This document shows positions 15,085 through 28,063 of a DNA stretch of 64,000 bases, one piece after another (positions within the stretch are counted from its first letter, which is position 1; every line of letters starts with the position of its first letter). The notes beneath the pieces were generated by a model, which was not told the origin of the DNA, did no database searches, and worked only from the letters and a program-made list of their open reading frames with translations. The stretch is from assembly GCA_964016885.1 (NCBI GenBank), contig OZ024756.1, positions 35,526,001 through 35,590,000 of the forward strand, written 5' to 3'. This DNA comes from Eledone cirrhosa. Taxonomy: Eukaryota. Both the position numbers and the translations under genes were made by a program.

Positions 15085-15482
15085 CAACATTATCACCACT
15101 GCCACAAACACCAACATTATCATCAATACCATCACTACCACAAACACCAACACTACGATCACAACCACCACAATTATCACCATAAACACCAACATTATCA
15201 CCACTATAACCACCATTAACACCATAAACACCAACATTATCACCACTATAACCATCTTTATCAACATAAACACCAACATTATCACCACTATAACCATCAT
15301 TATCAACATAAACACCAACATTATCACCACTATAACCACCATTAACACCATAAACACCAACATTATCACCACTATAACCATCATTATCAACATAAACACC
15401 AACATTATCACCACTATAACCACCATTAACATCATAAACACCAACATTATCACTAATGTAACTACCATTATCAACATAAACA
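15085..15482. repeat. 42-bp minisatellite (caacataaacaccaacattatcaccactataaccatcattat)
   Basis: Direct tandem repeats. Confidence 0.85.
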
Positions 15483-15483
15483 G

Positions 15484-15668
15484 TGGATTGGCAGTATCTG
15501 TAGAGAGTCGGACGCCATGCTTTCCAACATAGTTATGTCCCTTTACAGACTGAGTTCAAATCTCGCCAAGGTTAACTTTGCCTTTCATCCTTACGGGGTC
15601 GATAAAATAAAGTACCAGTAATACACTGGGATAATTGCTGGCCTTGCGCCAAAAGTAGAAACAATTAT
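15484..15668 (+). mobile_element. tRNA-derived SINE, family 1 (Meta-domain-like core)
   Basis: A box tggcagtatctgta, B box gagttcaaatc, core actttgcctttcatccttacggggtcgataaaataaagtaccag. Confidence 0.85.
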
Positions 15669-15920
15669 CACCACTGTAACCACCATTATCAACAAAAACA
15701 CCAACATTACCATTACAATCACAATGGTGATGTGTGGTCCCATTACTCTCGAGGGAATCAGGGGCTGTTATATTGACATATGGCATATCAAGGGCATTTT
15801 TTTAAAACCTGGCGGAGCCCAATGTCCTCTCCAGGTGTGAATCCAGCAGATTTCTTCCAGAGAAAGATCTAGAGAAAGTGAGAAAATGGAAGTGAGAAAG
15901 AGATATGGATGAAGAATCAA

Positions 15921-16075
15921 CCCCAGTACTTGACTGGTACTTTGTTTATCGACCTTGAATGGATGAAAGGAAAAGTTGACCTCGGTGGGATTTGAACTGA
16001 GAATGTGAAGGGCCGTAACTCTGTGCCACGGAGCATGGTGTCCGATGCTCTAACGATTCTGCCAATCCACCGCCT
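15921..16075 (-). mobile_element. tRNA-derived SINE, family 1, older copy
   Basis: Reverse complement of the family-1 head and core. Confidence 0.75.
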
Positions 16076-16143
16076 TATCATAATGGTGATACACAATCTA
16101 TATTAGGTGTGGTCTATGGTACTGGTCAAATTAGAATTATTAG

Positions 16144-16185
<42 letters not shown>

Positions 16186-16664
16186 GGTATTGTCACCACC
16201 AACATCATTGTCATCCTCACCACTACCAACATCATCGTTGTCATCACCATCTTTACCATCACCACCACCATCATTACTCCCATATTCATCACCACCATCA
16301 CCACCATCACCACCAACAACATCATCACCACCATCACCACCATCACCACCATCACCACCGTCACCACCATCACCACCATCACCACCATCACCACCACCAT
16401 CACCACCATCACCACCAACAACATCATCATTATCTTCAACAACAACAGCAACAATGTAATTATCTCTCATCTTCCAAACATGTTTGACCACTTAGACAAA
16501 TCAGTTTTACTCTAAATCCTAATTATATATATACATACATATATACACACATATATACACACATATATATATATACACACATATATATATATATACACAC
16601 ACACACATATATATATATATACACACACACACATATATATATATATACACACACACATATATAT

Positions 16665-16728
<64 letters not shown>

Positions 16729-17375
16729 ATATATGTATGTATATATATGTATGTAGGTATATATGTATGTATATATGCATACATACATATATATATATGT
16801 ATATATGCATTATTTAGTATATATAGTGTGTGCATACATACATGTGTATAGCGTATATTTGTTTGTGTGTGTGATGAGGATGTGTATATATATATAAACA
16901 GAGAGAGGGGGGGGGGGGGGGTGAGAGAGAGAGAGAGGGGGGGAGGAGTTAAGGAGAGAGAGTGGGATATGGTTAAAACAATGAAATGTATCTTCTATCA
17001 GTTTCAATATGGAGTATTCCAGTTACCTACTTATAGTGTAAGTGTTTAAATACTCTGTAGAAGATATATATACTCCTTATGTAGTTCTTTGGTAGTAGCA
17101 ACATAACACACTATATCACAAAGCTGGACGTTTGTATTACTGGTATTACTGGTACAGTCCACTCAACAGGCTTCCACACACTTTCTGTCTACCAGATTTC
17201 ACTGACAGGGTTGGGTTTACTCGAGATTACAGCAGAAGACACTAGTTTATACTGGATGGCTGTAGGATTGAACATGGACTCTCATGATTGAGAAGCAAAC
17301 TTCTTAACCACTCAGCTACATACATACAGTGCATTCAGTAAAAATATATATGTGTGTGTGTGTCTGTGTGTGTTG

Positions 17376-17925
17376 TGCATGGCTTAAGTGGTTAGGGAGT
17401 TGGGTTGAAAATTGTAAGGTTGTGAGTTCAATTCCCAGACTGGCTGATGTATTGTGTCCATGAGCAAGACACTTTATTTCATGTTGCTTCGGTTCACCCA
17501 TCATCATCAGCATCATCATCATTTTACGTCTGCTCTTCCCTGCTTGCAAGGGTGGGACGGGTCTTATTCAGCACAGCATCTCTCCACTTGTCACGGTCCT
17601 TCGTCATCTCCACCGTGAGCTTCAGCGATCTGAGGTCTGTTCTCACCACCTCCGCCCATGTATTTTGTGGTTTACCTCTACCATGTCTTCCTTCAACTGG
17701 CATTTCCTGGCACTTCTTCACTCATCGGTCATCCTCCATCTGTAGAAATGAGTTGCGACATCACTAGTTCCTTGGACAACACTGGTGGTGTGTAGAGGGG
17801 ACACTGGTATGTATAGGTAACTACTGGTCTTTCCCCAAAAACACATTGCCCAGGTTTGTGCCTTGGAAGGGAACTTTCTAGGTGCAAAATCCATGGTTAT
17901 TCATGACCAAAGGGGGCTTTACTTT
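17376..17925 (+). mobile_element. tRNA-derived CORE-like SINE (family 2) interrupted by an antisense RTE fragment
   Basis: gcatggcttaagtggttag...gagttcaattcc...gagcaagacactttatttc; resumes at ctgtagaaatgag (~17740). Confidence 0.75.
17500..17740 (-). pseudogene. RTE LINE 3' fragment
   Basis: KKCQEMPVEGRHGRGKPQNTWAEVVRTDL...DRDKWR, then a (GAT)n tail. Confidence 0.85.
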
Positions 17926-18071
17926 TTTTATATGTATTAGCGTTAGGAATGGCATCTAGCCAGAATCTGCCCTGTGTGAGCAAAACACTGTCCTCCAACC
18001 TGATCTCTCCGAAAGGGACAGCCCATCCTACTCATGCTAGCGTGCAAAATGGACATTAAATGAGGATGATA

Positions 18072-18110
<39 letters not shown>

Positions 18111-18585
18111 GTGTAAGAGGCAAATAAAAGTGCTGATGTGAGGAAGGGCATCCGATGTGAAACTTTGCCTCAAAATGTTCTGTCCAGGCCAGGCCAGCAT
18201 GGAATGTTAATGTAAACACGATGATGATACATATGTATATATATGTATATATATATATGTTGTTCTACTCTTGATGAGGCTCTTTTTGGGGCATCGTTTT
18301 ATGATTAGATGTCCTTCATGGTGCCAACCCTTATCTGAGTTTAATTAGTATGCGGGACTTCATATATGCGTCTGAGCTTTGTAAAAAATACATTGCAAAG
18401 TTTACTAAACAGATATTTCGCTGAATATATATCACTTCACATCAAACAGGAGGGGGTGACTATTAATCTACATATAGTGTAGTGATGGTAGGTAGCTGGC
18501 TGAAATCTCAGCTACACTTGTGACCATCTTCAGATTTAAGTATTAGTATTGTCTTGCTATCTTGCTACTATTATTGTTTCATCGA

Positions 18586-18770
18586 GGGTGGTGGCTTGGC
18601 AGTATCGGTAGAGGGTCAGACGCCATGCTTTCCAGCATAGTTACGTCCCTTTGCGGTCTGAGTTCAAATCCCACCGAGGTTAACTTTGCCTTTCATCCTT
18701 ACGGGGTCGATAAAATAAAGTACCAGTAATGCACTGGGTAATTGATGGCCTTGTGCCAAAAGTAGAAACA
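18586..18770 (+). mobile_element. tRNA-derived SINE, family 1, full length with 16-bp TSD attattgtttcatcga
   Basis: TSD at 18570-18585 and 18771-18786. Confidence 0.92.
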
Positions 18771-18934
18771 ATTATTGTTTCATCGACTGGACATCACTAC
18801 AATATTTGTTTGTATTTACCTGTGTTTATATATATATATACATATAGCAAGAGAGAGAGCGATACACACACACACATACATACATATATATAATTATATG
18901 TACATAAATACATATATATATAAATATATATATA

Positions 18935-19958
18935 TCATCATCATCATCATCATCATTTAATGTCCATCTTCCACGCTTGCATGGGTTTGGACGGGAGTTT
19001 TCCCACTTGAGGCAAGATTTGTTGTCCTGCTCGTATAGGACTGTCTGGCGGGTTTTCTACGGCTGGATGCCCTTCCTAACACCAACCACATTTACAGTGT
19101 GGGCTGGGAGGTTTTTACCGTGTTACCTACACAACCACATTACAGCATGGACTGTGTGTTTTTTTGTCGTGACACCTACACGACCTCATTTGTTTCGGAC
19201 TGGATGTTGTGGTACCAACATAACTTCACATTTAAGGGGGTAGTGTGGATGGGGTGGGGGTAGTGTGACGGGGTGTATTTTGTTAGAGGTGCCTACTGAC
19301 TGTAGGTTTCGTTTTGTACTTAGGCAAGGCGGGTCTTCTGTATTACTATGTAGCGCCAAAGATCTCGGTCCAGTGACATTGTCTTGGAGAGGTGTAAGTG
19401 TGTGAGGTCGGAATTTATCAAGTTATCCCAGGTTTTTCTGGGTCTGCCTACTCTGTGGCTACCGTCTATTTTTATCGCCCTGCACTTTTTTATACAGCTG
19501 TCGTCTTTCATGCGCATCATGTGACCGTACCAACGTAGTCTTCTCTCGAGTAAACAGCATCTGATCCCTCTTATTCCTAATTTCTCCCTTAGTTTGTTTA
19601 TGCTTTGCCGTTCACGTATATTACTATTACACATCCAGCGGAGCATGCAAGCTTCGTTCCTCTCCAGTCTGCATATATCCTCTGCACACAATGCCCAGGT
19701 CTCACTGCCATGTAACATTGCTGTTCGTATGCAGGCATCATACAGCCTGCCTTTCATTTTTAGGGAGAACCCTTTAGCGGCCAATAGTGGTATAAGCTCT
19801 CTGAACTTTTTCCATCCCGTTCTGACTCTAGCTACTGTACTTTCAGAGCACCCTCCCCCACTGCAGATTTTGTCACCCAGGTAACGGAAGGTGTCCACTA
19901 TTTCTATAGAATCATCTGTGCAATGGAATGAGCTAGTATTCTGTGGGCACTTGCTGCT

Positions 19959-19960
<2 letters not shown>
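18935..19960 (-). mobile_element. 5'-truncated RTE LINE (RT C-terminus, ~380-bp 3' UTR and (GAT)n tail)
   Basis: ORF 19320-19960 plus a UTR ending in the ccatgcaagcgtgg hairpin and (gat)n. Confidence 0.92.
19320..19960 (-). pseudogene. RTE-clade reverse transcriptase C-terminal region (open frame, truncated at a TA tract)
   Basis: FRYLG...ARVRTGWKKFREL...LHGSETW...RRLRWYGH...GRPRKTW...DRDLWR. Confidence 0.92.
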
Positions 19961-19996
<36 letters not shown>

Positions 19997-20000
<4 letters not shown>

Positions 20001-20202
20001 AACCAGTAAGACCCCGACGGCTGAGCTCAAGCCGTTTCGACGGCTAATTCTGAACTGAATTAGCCGTCCAAAATTAGCCGTCGAAACGGCTTGAGCTCAG
20101 CCGTCGGGGTCTTACTGGTTCCTATTACCCACTCTACTACCCCAAGTATTGAGTACTTTGGTGCGTTATGGTCCACCTGGTTCCTTACCATATTTCCTTC
20201 GT

Positions 20203-20203
<1 letters not shown>
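19997..20203 (+). mobile_element. Fold-back mini-element, family H (3' half of hammerhead plus tail)
   Basis: Arms 19997-20050/20072-20124; GAAA cggct tgagctc agccg TC ggggtc; (TA)n on both sides. Confidence 0.75.
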
Positions 20204-20240
<37 letters not shown>

Positions 20241-20963
20241 CACCTGTTCATTTGCCTGTCTGTTCATCAATTACCTATCCATCTATTCAGCTGCAGATCT
20301 GTTCACCTGTCCATCTGTCCATCTGCTCACCTGCTCATCTGCTCACCTGTCCATCTGTTCACCTGGTCACCTGGTCACCTGTTCACCTATTCCACCAGTT
20401 CGTGTGTAGTCAGATTCTTTCTTCTGCTGTTCTGGTAAATGCCGCCAGATCTATGCACTGACATGCAGTGCCGTGCAGTGCCGTGCACTGGCATGCATTT
20501 CCATGTAGAACAAGCAAACACACAACATTGTTGCTAGTTTTACAGACAATTACCTGCTGCCATTGCTGGTGTTGCTGCTTCTGCTGCTGCTGCTGCTGTT
20601 GCTGTTGCTACCTGTGTCTTTGAGAAGGTGTTCTCTCCTCACCTGACTGCTTTGAGAAGGTGTTCTCTCCTCACCTGACTGCATCACAATAGATTCTTCC
20701 ACTGAAGCTACATCTATCGATCTCACTTTACTATTTAGTTCCCACTACATTCACTGGATCTGTTCCTCGCGGCGGGGGGGAAACACCTTTCCAAGGAGTT
20801 TGTCTTTGCCTTTATTCGTGGATATATTTTCACTGGTTTACCTGCCGAAGGTGAAAACCTGTATTTGGTAAAGGGTTTATCAGCTGTATATAATTGGTGA
20901 CCCCTTGGAATTACCTGTCTTCCATTCTTTTAGGGTCTATACTCAGTATAGTCATTATATACA

Positions 20964-21014
<51 letters not shown>

Positions 21015-21015
21015 G

Positions 21016-21084
21016 TAAGTTATTCCGGGTTGAATCGGAGGTAACCACAGTAAGTAAGGTACTCAATACATAGCAGAGTATAAA
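21016..21084 (-). mobile_element. 3' tail fragment of family B within (TA)n
   Basis: Matches 4344-4412. Confidence 0.75.
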
Positions 21085-21505
21085 ACTTATATATATATAT
21101 ATATATATATATATCAAAGTTGTAAAAAAACTAAAAAAACAAGCACGTGGGCAATACAAAATACAGTATATACACTATATACAAAGCAGCCAACATTATG
21201 AAAAAAAAATGAATGTTCCTTTACTTAATATATCTATCTGTTGGTACTACTTCACCAAATTTTCATCACATCTCTAAGATATATATATATTTACTCTTAA
21301 AAATGGAAATTAATACCATTTAAATCTTCCTATAAATCAATATTTACCTGTCGTCCTGTGGATTTAAGTGGTGTTCTCAACATTTTATGGATAATATTTA
21401 CTAAAAAAACCTGGAAAGCAATATTTTGTGAAGGTTCACTCTTACACATATATAGCAAATCCTGGGAAATACCTGTTTTACACTCTTTTAAAGGGTGATA
21501 TTTTG

Positions 21506-21537
<32 letters not shown>

Positions 21538-21804
21538 TATACACACGCACACACACACACAATATATATATATATATATATACGGCTATTTTTCTGGAAG
21601 TGGAGCCTTATTCTGTCTGCATCTGGTGGAGCTATTTCTACAATTCTCAATATATCTATTGGAATATATTTAATCCAAAAAATGGATATTAATATTATTG
21701 AAATATTCCTTCAAATCAATATCGATCTCTTGTTAAAGTAAAAGCCAGTGTCGGCTAACATTTCCATGGATCTGATCAGCTATATACCAGTATTTACATT
21801 TGAT

Positions 21805-23085
21805 GTTCTGGAGTTGGTGGTAGTAATGGTGGTGTTCTGGAGTTGGTAGAAGTACTACTGGTGTTCTGGAGTTGGTAGAAGTACTGGTGGTGTTCTGGAG
21901 TTGGTAGAAGTACTGGTAGTGTTCTGGAGTTGGTAGAAGTACTGGTGGTGTTCTGGAGTTGGTAGAAGTACTGGTGGTGTTCTGGAGTTGGTAGAAGTAC
22001 TGGTGGTGTTCTGGAGTTGGTAGAAGTACTGGTGGTGTTCTGGAGTTGGTGGTAGTACTGGTGGTGTTCTGGAGTTGGTAGAAGTACTAGTGGTGTTCTG
22101 GAGTTGGTAGAAGTACTACTGGTGTTCTGGAGTTGGTAGAAGTACTAGTGGTGTTCTGGAGTTGGTAGAAGTACTGGTGGTGTTCTGGAGTTGGTAGAAG
22201 TACTGGTGGTGTTCTGGAGTTGGTAGAAGTACTGGTGGTGTTCTGGAGTTGGTGGTAGTACTGGTGGTGTTCTGGAGTTGGTAGAAGTACTAGTGGTGTT
22301 CTGGAGTTGGTAGAAGTACTACTGGTGTTCTGGAGTTGGTAGAAGTACTAGTGGTGTTCTGGAGTTGGTAGAAGTACTGGTGGTGTTCTGGAGTTGGTAG
22401 AAGTACTGGTAGTGTTCTGGAGTTGGTAGAAGTACTAGTGGTGTTCTGGAGTTTGTAGAAGTACTGGTGGTGTTCTGGAGTTGGTAGAAGTACTACTAGT
22501 GTTCTGGAGTTGGTAGAAGTACTGGTGGTGTTCTGGAGTTGGTAGAAGTACTAGTGGTGTTCTGGTGTTGGTAGAAGTACTGGTGGTGTTCTGGAGTTGG
22601 TAGAAGTACTGGTAGTGTTCTGGAGTTGGTAGAAGTACTGGTGGTGTTCTGGAGTTGGTAGAAGTACTGGTGGTGTTCTGGAGTTGGTAGAAGTACTAGT
22701 GGTGTTCTGAAGTTGGTAGAAGTACTACTGGTGTTCTGGAGTTGGTAGAAGTACTAGTGGTGTTCTGGAGTTGGTGGTAGTACTGGTGGTAGTTCTGGAG
22801 TTGGTGGTAGTACTGGTGGTGTTCTGGAGTTGGCAGAAGTACTGGTAGTGTTCTGGAGTTGGTGGTAGTACTGGTGGTGTTCTGGAGTTGGTAGTAGTAC
22901 TGGTGGTGTTCCAGAGTTAGTAGTAGTACTGGTGGTGTTCCAGAGTTGGTGGTAGTACTGGTGGTAGTTCTGGAGTTGGTGGTAGTACTGGTGGTGTTCT
23001 GGAGTTAGTAGTAATACTGGTGGAGTTCCAGAGTTGGTAGTAATACTGTCGGTAGTTCTGGAGTTGGTGGTAGTACTGGTGGTGT
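21805..23085. repeat. 29-bp minisatellite (gttctggagttggtagaagtactggtggt), ~44 copies
   Basis: Direct tandem repeats. Confidence 0.95.
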
Positions 23086-23649
23086 TGCTGTTGTAGTTTA
23101 GTTGATGGCTACAACTTCTTAAGATATGATGGATATACCATAAATATCAACATTACAACAGAGAAAGAAAAACGGTTTCTTTGAGTAAGCACCAACTGAT
23201 GGTTCCTTTGATCTTCATGAGAACGTGGATACATAGAGAGTCTTGGTGACTACCTGGAGATATAAGTTCACCAAACTACTGGAGACATATTACATATCCT
23301 GGTCTTTGTGCGCACATAGAGAGGAAAGATAGCCTAACACCTGAGTACATATTCCAATTTACCATGGAGTCTTTGTAAGTACTTGCACTGATAATGTTGG
23401 ATAATCGTTTAATGTTGGCGCCATGATAGCTTCCAAAGATGGTTTCAGGAACTTTATTCACATCAAAGATGTTTTTGCTGGTGATGTAAGTTTTAGTTAA
23501 ATCAATTGATCCCTCTCTCTCTCTCTCTACCCTTTGAATATATATATATATATATGTATGTATGTATGTATATATATATAAATGTATATAACTAAGAATG
23601 GTTTGCCAAAGAGTAATGGAAGGTAACATGTATATTCCATATAGAAATG

Positions 23650-23699
23650 ACTTCTACAGGACTAGAACTGTTTCATTTGTTTGAAATCATCAGGAAAGT
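23650..23699 (-). ncRNA. Hammerhead ribozyme, family B
   Basis: Reverse complement: actttc CTGATGA tttcaaacaaat GAAA cag ttctagtc ctg TA gaagt. Confidence 0.6.
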
Positions 23700-23780
23700 T
23701 TGAATATGTAAAACCATCTCTCTTCTTCTTTCTTAATATATATATATATATAAATATATATATACAAAATATATATATAT

Positions 23781-23949
23781 AGGGAAGCAGAAAATTGCTT
23801 TTTGTGATCCAGTTAGGGTTAACTCCACAAGTTTGTAAGAATTCCGCTCAATCTTGGAGTATAAAGTATAAAAGAGAAAACACAGGTAAGCATTAATAGA
23901 AGGATTCTATTTTCTCTTTTATACTTTATACTCCAAGATTGAACGGAAT
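23781..23949 (-). mobile_element. Fold-back mini-element (40-bp arms 23841-23880/23910-23949) within (TA)n
   Basis: Inverted repeat with 1 mismatch; long arm carries the ACTC/GAGT hairpin. Confidence 0.65.
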
Positions 23950-23965
23950 ATATATATATATATAT

Positions 23966-24083
23966 GATTCTGATGAAATGACAGTAAATAATAACATTGA
24001 AATATTGAATGTCTGCATAACTAAAAGTTTGTAGATAGCAGCTGTTTTAGGTTATGTAACTGTTATAGAAACACGTGTCAATA
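23966..24083 (+). ncRNA. Hammerhead ribozyme with extended stem II
   Basis: gatt CTGATGA a atgacagt..(~75 nt)..actgttat a GAAA cacgtg TC aat. Confidence 0.65.
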
Positions 24084-24379
24084 AATTCCTTTCAACTAAA
24101 CTGTATCCATTCAAATCTTTCTATATATATATATATATATATAAGCATTCATCATATTTTTGACTAAAGAAATTTTAGCCTGATAGTGGGGGTTTAAAAC
24201 CCTCTAAAAATGGAAAAGAATGAGTATTGATGTTTATATTCATCTTTTTTCATTTCTTAGAGGGTTCTAAACCCCACTATCAGGAAAAATTTCTTTAGTA
24301 AAAAATACGGTGAAAGTTTCTATTTCTACTAAATTTCAAACTTTGCTTGCTATTTCAAAACAAACTTAGTTGTTATGTT

Positions 24380-24511
24380 ATATGTTGACATACTCTGCGA
24401 GCTAAATAAACTATGTATCAAATTTGAACAAAATTGGATGGAAACTGTAGAAATGCATTACCTGCTCACAGACAAACAGACAGACGTTTTTGTTTTTCTA
24501 TATATAGAGAT
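24380..24511 (-). mobile_element. Possible 5' end of a non-autonomous Helitron/Helentron-like element
   Basis: Reverse complement: atctctatatatag...gtctgtctgtttgtctgt...ccaattttgttcaaatttg; resembles the usual HINE/Lep1-type layout. Confidence 0.4.
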
Positions 24512-25465
24512 AGAAATGATTTCCACATGACTAGAATGGTTTCATTTGTTTGAACTCAATTGACTTTAAGAAGCAGAATCATAAAATGGAGATGACAAAT
24601 GATTACAAGGTTTGGTGACTTAATGTAAGGGCAATGACCTGCCTACCAACATAAAATATAACCTGACCTATTCATGTGTCCTCTCCCACTTTCACTCCTT
24701 AGTAGCTATTCCTCACCCCTTTCATTTTCTTCTCGTCCACAATCACCCCTTAGCTGCTCTCACCATCACTGTATACTTCCGACCCCTACATCACCCAGGA
24801 ATACCTCCACTACCCCTTAAATCCTAACACTCACACTCGATCCAGGTTCATCATGCTACCCAAGACCACCCCTCACCCTGCTCCTAAAATCCCAACACAC
24901 AGGCAATAACATCCCCGCTCCCATTAACTGCTATTATGACAGTACTTCCCAAATGCTAACATCCACATTCTAACCAGTTTAGTAACTCTACTCTGGATTA
25001 CCCTCAACCCCAAACATCTTAACATATCAGTCTTCATTTTTTTTCTGCTTTGCAAAATTTTTTCTTGAATGGGTAATAGGACTTTCATATCTGAAGATTT
25101 CTAGGGTCAACATTGATCAACAAGTCTTTTAAGGACATTTTCTGTGGTAAAGAAGGGTTTACTCTTGCAGGCTCCCTGATAGATATAACACTCCTCATTG
25201 GGCCCTTTATAAGGCAATGTTTTACAGCAGAATGCCCTTCCCAGTGTCAACCCTTTTAGTTGCCTCTAACAACATGCAGTTGATATGGTGTACCTATTCT
25301 AAGCTTGATATACACTAAGATTAACACACCTTAAACAACACTACTTTCCCTGCTAAAGCTGGGGTTAAATTTTGTGGACCCCATGACAGGTTTCATACTC
25401 ATCCATGGCTCCTTTATGAGGCAATGTTTTACAGCTAGATGCCCTTCCTGGCAACAACCCATTTA

Positions 25466-26427
25466 GGATACAGTGTACCTATTCTAAACCAGATACACAC
25501 AGGGATAGAGTGTACCTATTCTAAACCAAATACACACAGGGATAGAGTGTACCTATTCTAAACTAGATACACACAGGGATAGAGTGTACCTATTCTAAAC
25601 CAGATACACACAGGGATAGAGTGTACCTATTCTAAACCAAATAAACACAGGGATAGAGTGTACCTATTTTAAACCAAATACACACAGGGATAGAGTGTAC
25701 CTATTCTAAACCAGATACACACAGGCATACAGTATATCTATTTTAAACCAAATACACACAGGGATAGAGTGTACCTATTCTAAACTGGATATACACAGGA
25801 ATAGAATGTACCTATTCTAAACTGGATAAACACAGGGATAGAGTGTATCTATTCTAAACTGGATATACACAGGAATAGAATGTACCTATTCTAAACTGGA
25901 TAAACACAGGGATAGAGTGTACCTATTCTAAACTGGATAAACACAGGGATAGAGTGTACCTATTCTAAACTGGATAAACACAGGGATAGAGTGTACCTAT
26001 TCTAAACTGGATAAACACAGGGATAGAGTGTACCTATTCTAAACTGGATAAACACAGGGATGCAGTATACCTATTCTAAACTGGATAAACACAGGGATTG
26101 AGTGTACCTATTCTAAACTGGATAAACACAGGGATAGAGTGTACCTATTCTAAACTGGATAAACACAGGGATGCAGTATACCTATTGTAAACTGGATAAA
26201 CACAGGGATGCAGTATACCTATTGTAAACTGGATATACACAGGGATGCAGTGTACCTATTCTAAACTGGATATACACATGGATACCGTATACCTATTCTA
26301 AACTGGATATACACAGGGATGCAGTGTACCTATTCTAAACCCAATATACATAGGGATATGGTAGACCTATTCTAAACTGGATGCATACATGGATACCGTG
26401 GACCTATTCTAAACTGGATAAACACAG
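25466..26427. repeat. 37-bp minisatellite (agagtgtacctattctaaactggataaacacagggat), ~26 copies
   Basis: Direct tandem repeats. Confidence 0.95.
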
Positions 26428-26997
26428 CAGAGGATCAATATTGATTGAAATTAAATAATTAAACATCAGCAATTAGTAGTAAAATACTAGTTAATTATTA
26501 ATACTACTACAACTACATTACAGACTACTGAGCCTTTGTTTATAATTAAATGCAAATCAGCACTTTAAAAACTTAATTAGGCAATTGCAATATATCTTTA
26601 TGTCTTATACAAGTAATAAGTTAATTAAATATTCTTCCAGTATTGCTTTAATTAATCCTTGACTAGGACTTAATTTAGCTTCCCTGTAGCCCCCTCCCCC
26701 TGCTTCACTCCCCCTATCCCTCACAATCTGTGAGCAATGACCACCACCTTCACCCTCTCCTTTCGTTCCTCCTCCTAATCGCCTTCTTCCCCCCTTGTTA
26801 ACCCTCCCCTCCTCCACCTCCTCCCCCACCACCTCCTCCATCAATCAACTTATCACACACAACTCTATTGTTGTTATTCTTTCTAATCCTTCACTTTCAC
26901 CCTTACCTCCCCTCACTCCACCCACCCCTCATCACTCTCTCTCTCTCTCGCTCTCTCTCACCTCCCTCTGTCATCTCTCAAGTAATAAAAACAACTC

Positions 26998-28032
26998 CAG
27001 CAACACACCACAACACAACACAACACAACACAACACAACACACCACACCACACCACACCACACCACACCACACCACACCACACCACAACACACCACACCA
27101 CACCACACCACACACTACACCATACCACAACACAACACAACACACACCACACCACACCACACTACACCATACCACAACACAACACACACCACACCACACC
27201 ACACTACACCATACCACAACACAACACACACCACACCACACTACACCATACCACAACACACACCACACCACACTACACCATACCACAACACAACACACAC
27301 CACACCACACCACACTACACCATACCACAACACAACACATCACACCACACCACACCACAACACATCACACCACACACCACACCACACACTACACCATACC
27401 ACAACACAACACATCACAACACACCACAACACAACACAACACACCACAACACACACCACACCACACTACACCATACCACAACACAACACATCACATCACA
27501 TCACACCACACCACAACACATCACACCACATCACACCACACACCACACCACAACACCTCACAACACAACACAACACACCACAACACAATACACCACACCA
27601 CAAGACAACACAACACAACACACCACACCACACTACACCACACCGCACTGCACCGCACCGCACTACACCACACCACACACCACACCACAAGACAACACAA
27701 CACACCACACCACACTACACCACACCGCACTGCACCGCACCGCACTACACCACACCACACACCACACCACAAGACAACACAACACAACACACCACACTAC
27801 ACCACACCGCACTGCACCGCACCGCACTACACCACACCACACACCACACCACAAGACAACACAACACAACACAACACACCACACTACACCACACCGCACT
27901 GCACCGCACCGCACTACACCACACCACACACCACACCACAAGACAACACAACACAACACACCACACTACACCACACCGCACTGCACCGCACCGCACTACA
28001 CCACACCACACACCACACCACAACACACCACA

Positions 28033-28035
<3 letters not shown>
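26998..28035. repeat. CACCA/CACAA pentamer-derived satellite with ~80-bp higher-order unit in the 3' half
   Basis: Recurring cacaagac...ccgcactgcaccgcaccgcac. Confidence 0.85.

Positions 28036-28063
<28 letters not shown>

Noticed and set aside
20618-20681. TTGAGAA plus hairpin in a 32-bp direct duplication, as a variant hammerhead
   Set aside because: No GAAA or cleavage-site arm
20836-20872. tttacc..aggt-GAAA-acct..ggtaaa hairpin as a ribozyme
   Set aside because: Single instance; the core does not fit any ribozyme I can verify
21805-26427. CRISPR-like arrays (29- and 37-bp repeats)
   Set aside because: Head-to-tail repeats with no unique spacers and no cas genes, in a eukaryotic context
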